A stretch of DNA of 64,000 nucleotides, taken from positions 19,964,001 through 20,028,000 of the forward strand of contig OZ116698.1 of assembly GCA_964199315.1 (NCBI GenBank). Direction: 5' to 3'. Each line of letters begins with the position of its first letter. Within the stretch, counting starts at the first letter, position 1. The translations under genes were made by a program, and so were the position numbers. Below are positions 59,313-64,000 of the stretch, piece by piece. Origin of the DNA: Orbicella franksi. Lineage: Eukaryota. The notes under the pieces were generated by a model that saw only the letters and a list, made by a program, of their open reading frames with translations, searched no databases and had not been told where the DNA came from.

Positions 59313-61019
59313 TTATCCTATCCCTGCGATTGCCTTGATCTCTCTCATAATTCTGCCGATGGAATTCTTGCCCATTGGTACCTTGTTGAACCAGATATCT
59401 CCCTTAGGCTTGTGCTTGGGGGTGAGGTAAAACGACGATATACCAGGTGGACGGTGGCGAAGGTACACCTCGAATGCACGCACGGGGTCTCGTTCGCTTC
59501 CATCGGTGGCCGCTACTCGAGCCTTACACTTCTTTTTGCTTCTAGGGTTGTCTTTCTCGTCGTCCGCTCGTGGCCTTTTGTTCGAACCAGCTTTCATGTG
59601 GTCGATGATGATCTTGCCGTCGGGGCCGCGGGAAATGCGAAAGTCATCGATGCTCAGGTCGTGGTGGGCCATGCGTCCTCTAATCCCATGGCTGACTGTG
59701 TTAATCCACCACTGGAGACGCAGCAACGGTCGCGGTGCGTGCACTCCGATGGCTCCAGAAGCCCACATTCTCTCTAACTGCTCTTCAGTGATGCTTTCCA
59801 CGACGTTAGGGTGGTTTCCTTTCCCTTTGCGCTTCAACTCGTTTCTCTTTGACACTAGCCCGTAGTTAACCACGTCGAATTCTCTGTCAGCCAAATCGAA
59901 ATTCTCTACGGCTGGAGGACATTTTCTTTCGAGAAAATATCTTCTCAGTCCATTTCTATATGTGGTGAGCGTCACAGGTTCGTATTCGTTTCCTTCTTTG
60001 CCTGGCCGTGTGTCGCGAATCTCGAGAAAGAAGTCTTTCAACATTTCCATGGCCATTTGACGGGTAACTGTGTTCATGTCAATAGATTTGCCATACTTGT
60101 CTTTGTACCATTTCTTTAGTCTTCTCACGGATGTTTTGGTGCCTTCAACGGTATTTTTACAGCGGTTAGCGTCGTCAACATCTTCGACGTCGTGGGCGTC
60201 TGCTCGGTTGGGAACTTGGCTCTTTTGTCGCTCGATAATTTGAGGTCTGTGGCTGCTGGGAACCGGGGGAAATATTCTGCTGTCTTCTGACTTTGAAAAG
60301 CCGTGATTATCTTGAATGGACTCTGGTGGATCAAACGGCGGGAAGCCGGGAAACGGTCGGTAAAACTGCGGTGCTTTTGACTCGTCACTTACCGGTGTTT
60401 GATGGATGTAAGTGTACATCGATTGGGCGGCTGGATCGGGGAACGAAGGATTTAAGTTGGGGCCATAAATCGACCGCATAATGTTTGGTTTAGCCGGTTG
60501 AAGCGCACTCGATATGCTTGAGATAGCAGAAGTTGGATTCAGGTGAAATCGAGGCTCAGGCTCGTTCTTTATACTGAAATCCATGGGGCTCGGGAACGGC
60601 ATATCTTTTGGATAAGAGTCCGCTTCGGACGTCACGGTGTCGGAGAAAAAATTAGCGGACTGTAGTGGAGGGACCGTAGAATGCAAAGCACTGTGTTGTT
60701 GTTGTGTGCAACCAAGCGTCGTTGAAGTTAAATAATGTTCATTCATTGCGGCAGAAATGGGCAGCTCGGTCTCGTCCATCTCGGAAATGCCTTCTATTCC
60801 ATTGCTCATGTTCATGTGCCGGCCACCATCCTCGCTGACACTTCTGCTCGCGAAATCCCCCGCTCTGAAAATGTTCGAGATGCCGTTGTGAAAACGCGCG
60901 TTGGGAAAACGAGGGTTAAAATTTTCCGGGTTGTGGCGCAGATGAGGCGGAATACTAAAGTCTTGGCCAATGTCGAACGGTGGCAGGCCAAACGTACTCA
61001 TGGCTCCGTCGATACTCAT
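59313..61019 (-). CDS. Crypton-derived DUF3504/tyrosine-recombinase-like protein, 568 aa, truncated before the catalytic HxxR-H-Y box; probably a domesticated nuclear DNA-binding protein
   Basis: Single open ORF. Residues 1-285 are P/S/F-rich and low complexity. Residues about 288-568 carry NT..T, EYEP.TL..YR.GL.RY, LKRKGKGN.P, G.RG..H..L..DDF, DPV..F..YL..RP..FYL.P..W...PMGKN.I..IM..AG, the typical Crypton YR/DUF3504 pattern. The stop follows AGIG directly. Confidence 0.85.
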   Translation of the reverse strand: MSIDGAMSTFGLPPFDIGQDFSIPPHLRHNPENFNPRFPNARFHNGISNIFRAGDFASRSVSEDGGRHMNMSNGIEGISEMDETELPISAAMNEHYLTSTTLGCTQQQHSALHSTVPPLQSANFFSDTVTSEADSYPKDMPFPSPMDFSIKNEPEPRFHLNPTSAISSISSALQPAKPNIMRSIYGPNLNPSFPDPAAQSMYTYIHQTPVSDESKAPQFYRPFPGFPPFDPPESIQDNHGFSKSEDSRIFPPVPSSHRPQIIERQKSQVPNRADAHDVEDVDDANRCKNTVEGTKTSVRRLKKWYKDKYGKSIDMNTVTRQMAMEMLKDFFLEIRDTRPGKEGNEYEPVTLTTYRNGLRRYFLERKCPPAVENFDLADREFDVVNYGLVSKRNELKRKGKGNHPNVVESITEEQLERMWASGAIGVHAPRPLLRLQWWINTVSHGIRGRMAHHDLSIDDFRISRGPDGKIIIDHMKAGSNKRPRADDEKDNPRSKKKCKARVAATDGSERDPVRAFEVYLRHRPPGISSFYLTPKHKPKGDIWFNKVPMGKNSIGRIMREIKAIAGIG

Positions 61020-61075
61020 TTCAACACTTGCTCGTTAAGGCGAGGTGTTTTAAGCTTTCATCCTCGACGCATCTG

Positions 61076-61109
61076 ACTGACAGATTTCCTTTCCGCGCGC
61101 GTATTTATA
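61076..61109 (-). promoter_or_regulatory. TATA box plus Initiator core promoter of the DUF3504 gene
   Basis: Minus-strand TATAAATA at 61109-61102 and TCAGT Inr at 61080-61076, with the A at 61078, 31 nt after the first T of the TATA box. The ATG lies 59 nt further on. Confidence 0.65.
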
Positions 61110-64000
61110 CCCCTACGTAGTGATGTGGACACGGTCTTTTAGTGGGCCCATTGTTTTCGTGAATTTATGTATTTCCTGTGTTACGTACATTTGGAGGCTC
61201 AATTAATACTTAATGACTATCCTCTTGGGAGAAGTCACTTTTAATCTGTAATTTGCTGACTCTTGAAGTCTAAATCTAATTATATTGTGAATTCATTCAA
61301 GCAGACTATGAAAAGCCAAGCATTATTCGCTGTTCAAAAATGGGTGGAGCTTTATTATGCCGTTGACAATTAGGCCGTTCAACGACGGTCATGCAGCCAG
61401 CGTCCACCATTTGTAAAGTGCAAGAATGAAAACGGGCATTGTTTGGTTCAAAGTCAAGGGCTTACATTCTTAACACGGTTTTTTGCATCGCGTTGGCCTA
61501 GCTGGGCTCTAGCCTTTGAGCGATCAAAGAAAGCTCCGCCTGAAAAGAGCAGTTTCCATCGTGACCGAGTTCAGTAAACATTGACAACAGGTGTCACGAA
61601 ATTAAAAGAGAAATTAGATAACGTTTGCGTGGCTTCCGAAATTTATCACACGTCAACACGCTTTCATTGTAGCAAATGGAAATGAGATTTGTTTTCGCGC
61701 TTTTTACTGGTCGGTTTAGGTAATGGAAAATCGCGCCCCCATAAGCAAAACAAGGTGCAAAAAGAGACAGCCTTATTTACATAACGCTCTTAGTCTTAGC
61801 GAATGATTAATGATGACAGGTTGACAAGCAAGGTGTTGAAAATGCTCTCCAGAGAAGACATTATCAGCAAAGAGAACAATAGTTCGACTTCAACTTTTGT
61901 GTCTGCACGAAATGGAAAAGAATAAATTCCAATTTCTCTCTTTCCTGTGAACGTGCCTGATGCAAATGCATTGCGCTCCAGGCTTGAAATAGTTTATTTA
62001 AACAGAGTTTCCACGCAACATTCGCACCCTGTCTACAGTATTAGTGAGACGATTTGTTTCTTCTCGAATCTGTCAACTACACTCTTCAGTTTGTCCAAAA
62101 CAAAAGGGATTTTTCGTTAATTTAATCAGCAGTTCACAATAAAAGCACCCAGTGGATTTTGTGTATACAACAAATTAGCCATTGTCAGGCTGAAAGTCGA
62201 AGGCGGAGAATGGCTATAAAACCTTTTCACAAGAGCCGATGAGTTTTCGCAGCTTAACACAAGATGCATGCTTTAGATCTACATTGTGAAGACCTTACAA
62301 GAAGAAACTAAACTAAACTAAATGCAGCGATTCCGGATATCTTGACACTACAATCCATTTCCTTTGTGTTCGAAGTTGTTGTCATAAGTTGCTGTGTGAA
62401 AGCTGTCAGCAAATCCACTTACACGGATGACTTGCGAATCGACTTAACTTGAATGGACAGCACGATTTAAGGTAACTAATGAGATTGTAATTCATCGCTG
62501 ATTTATTTTGGTTCACACGCCTAAATTGCGGTTTAAGCCATAAGATATATGGCTGTGCGTTGGTAGATTACTCTAAAACGAGCTGAAGTAGCGATAAAAA
62601 TAACTAGAGATTCTTACAAAAGGTTCTTCTGCTGATTAATTTGCGGCGAATGACGACAGCAAAGATGAATATAGTTTCCTATTCGCTAAGTCTTCCAAAT
62701 GGGGTCAAAATCATTGACCCTGATAAGTGGACAGGATTTCAGGCTCTGCACATCACGCATTTTATGTAGGGAACTCATAGCTTGCATTCTTGTAACTGAA
62801 ATTCCAAAGTGTCAAACTGTGAATATACCAAGCGTTTTTTCATGAAACAATAAGGTGAAAAGACGTTACTTATGTTTAAGATTCCTTGAGGTACGATTTG
62901 TGCATTTCATGCCCAAACAGAAGAGGACACATTGAGTACACTGTGAAGTCCAACTATTATTTACCAAAAAAGCATGTACACACTTTAATAATTTCAATTC
63001 TGCGAAGTTTATAACAACCTGTTTCCAAGACATAAGCTATATAATCTATTTCCATGAAGCAACAAAATACAAGTCTTTTTGAAGATACAAACCGTGTAAC
63101 AAGTAGTGAAACAGGGTTCTCAAAAGGTTAGTACTGGTGAAAATACTTGATGTACTAGGTAGTGGCTTGCAGAGGTATTGCGTAATCAGTAGAACTGAAC
63201 TGAGGTAAAAAATGTAAAGTTTTCAAAAAAAGTTTAATCGCCAATTTTAGACTTAAAACAAATAAACAATATATAATAGTTGTGTCTCCAAAGGACTGGT
63301 TTGCTCGTAACTTCAGTAAGTATCACTGAAATTAGATGTATCTTGAGCTGTAGTTATTTTACAAGAGCGGACTTCTGGCCCGTGAGAACTCATGGCCAAA
63401 ATAATTAATTAGAAGTTTGCAGAATATGTCGCCCTAAAGAACCCTTAACATAACAAATCTCATGGAATTTGATGGGAGTTTTGTAGCCAAATATTTACGT
63501 TATCACTGAAAAATGTATGTCCTTACTGTTACTTATCGACATTTAAAGTAGTGTAAAGCTGTAAGTTCAGCAAAGCTTTGCCTTCGCCAAACTTGAAGCA
63601 CGGATGTGTTTCTGCTACCCGTCATATCCGGTACAACCCAAGGTTACGAAAACGTAACGATGAGCTAAGTTCCGTCGTTTGGTTGATTTCTTAATATTAA
63701 AATAACAAAAGTTGAAATTAAACTCCGACCTTTTAAACATTGAGATCAGTACAAGAGACGTTAATTCAGTAACAAAACAAATATATATTTACAGACATAG
63801 AGTGGATGGCTATAGGGACTCGGGATGCTGCACCAATTTCTGAAAGCTTCAGTGCAAAAACGAGATATAGACTTCTGCAAGTGAAAAGCAATCTAACAAC
63901 CTATACAGTCTTTGTAAACCTCTCCGTCTATTTTAAGTAACTTTTAAATGGCTCAATATCAGTATATTGCAGCCGTTGTCGATTAAAACATCCCTGGTCG

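Noticed and set aside
59313-61019. Active integrase or prophage/Crypton element
   Set aside because: The HxxR, H/W and Tyr catalytic residues are absent, and no element ends or neighbouring viral genes were seen.
59412-61076. Overlapping ORFs 59412-59777, 59506-59865, 60125-60388, 60293-60481 and 60735-61076
   Set aside because: Antisense or alternative frames of the 568-aa gene with no motifs of their own.

Overview
AT-rich, intron-containing eukaryotic DNA. The repeat families and gene types point to a scleractinian coral (inference, not proven). Gene order is as follows. (1) Two complete 8-exon zeta-crystallin/quinone oxidoreductase (CRYZ) paralogues lie on the minus strand (623-8269 and 18055-26001). 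(2) Between them is a multiply disabled gene for a type II membrane protein with coiled coil, collagen, two Ig domains and a fibrinogen/intelectin-like domain (10962-16608). (3) An orphan NTR/C345C-like exon fragment lies at about 26105-26477. (4) A small unknown S/P/R-rich plus coiled-coil gene with an SxIP motif lies at 27482-27937. (5) An intronless class A peptide-receptor-like GPCR lies at 33080-34243. (6) After about 25 kb with no recognisable gene comes an intronless 568-aa gene (59313-61019). Its C-terminal half is a Crypton/DUF3504-type tyrosine-recombinase fold that stops just before the catalytic HxxR/H/Y box, and it has a TATA plus Inr promoter, a CtBP/SUMO-like motif and a bipartite NLS. 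It is best read as a domesticated, catalytically dead recombinase. Repeats include a 5'-truncated R4/Dong-like retrotransposon inside a (TAA)n microsatellite, CORE-like tRNA SINEs, several MITE families, hairpin elements and a 1.3-kb self-complementary satellite. Exon boundaries were read by hand; family assignments come from motif recognition and no database search was run.
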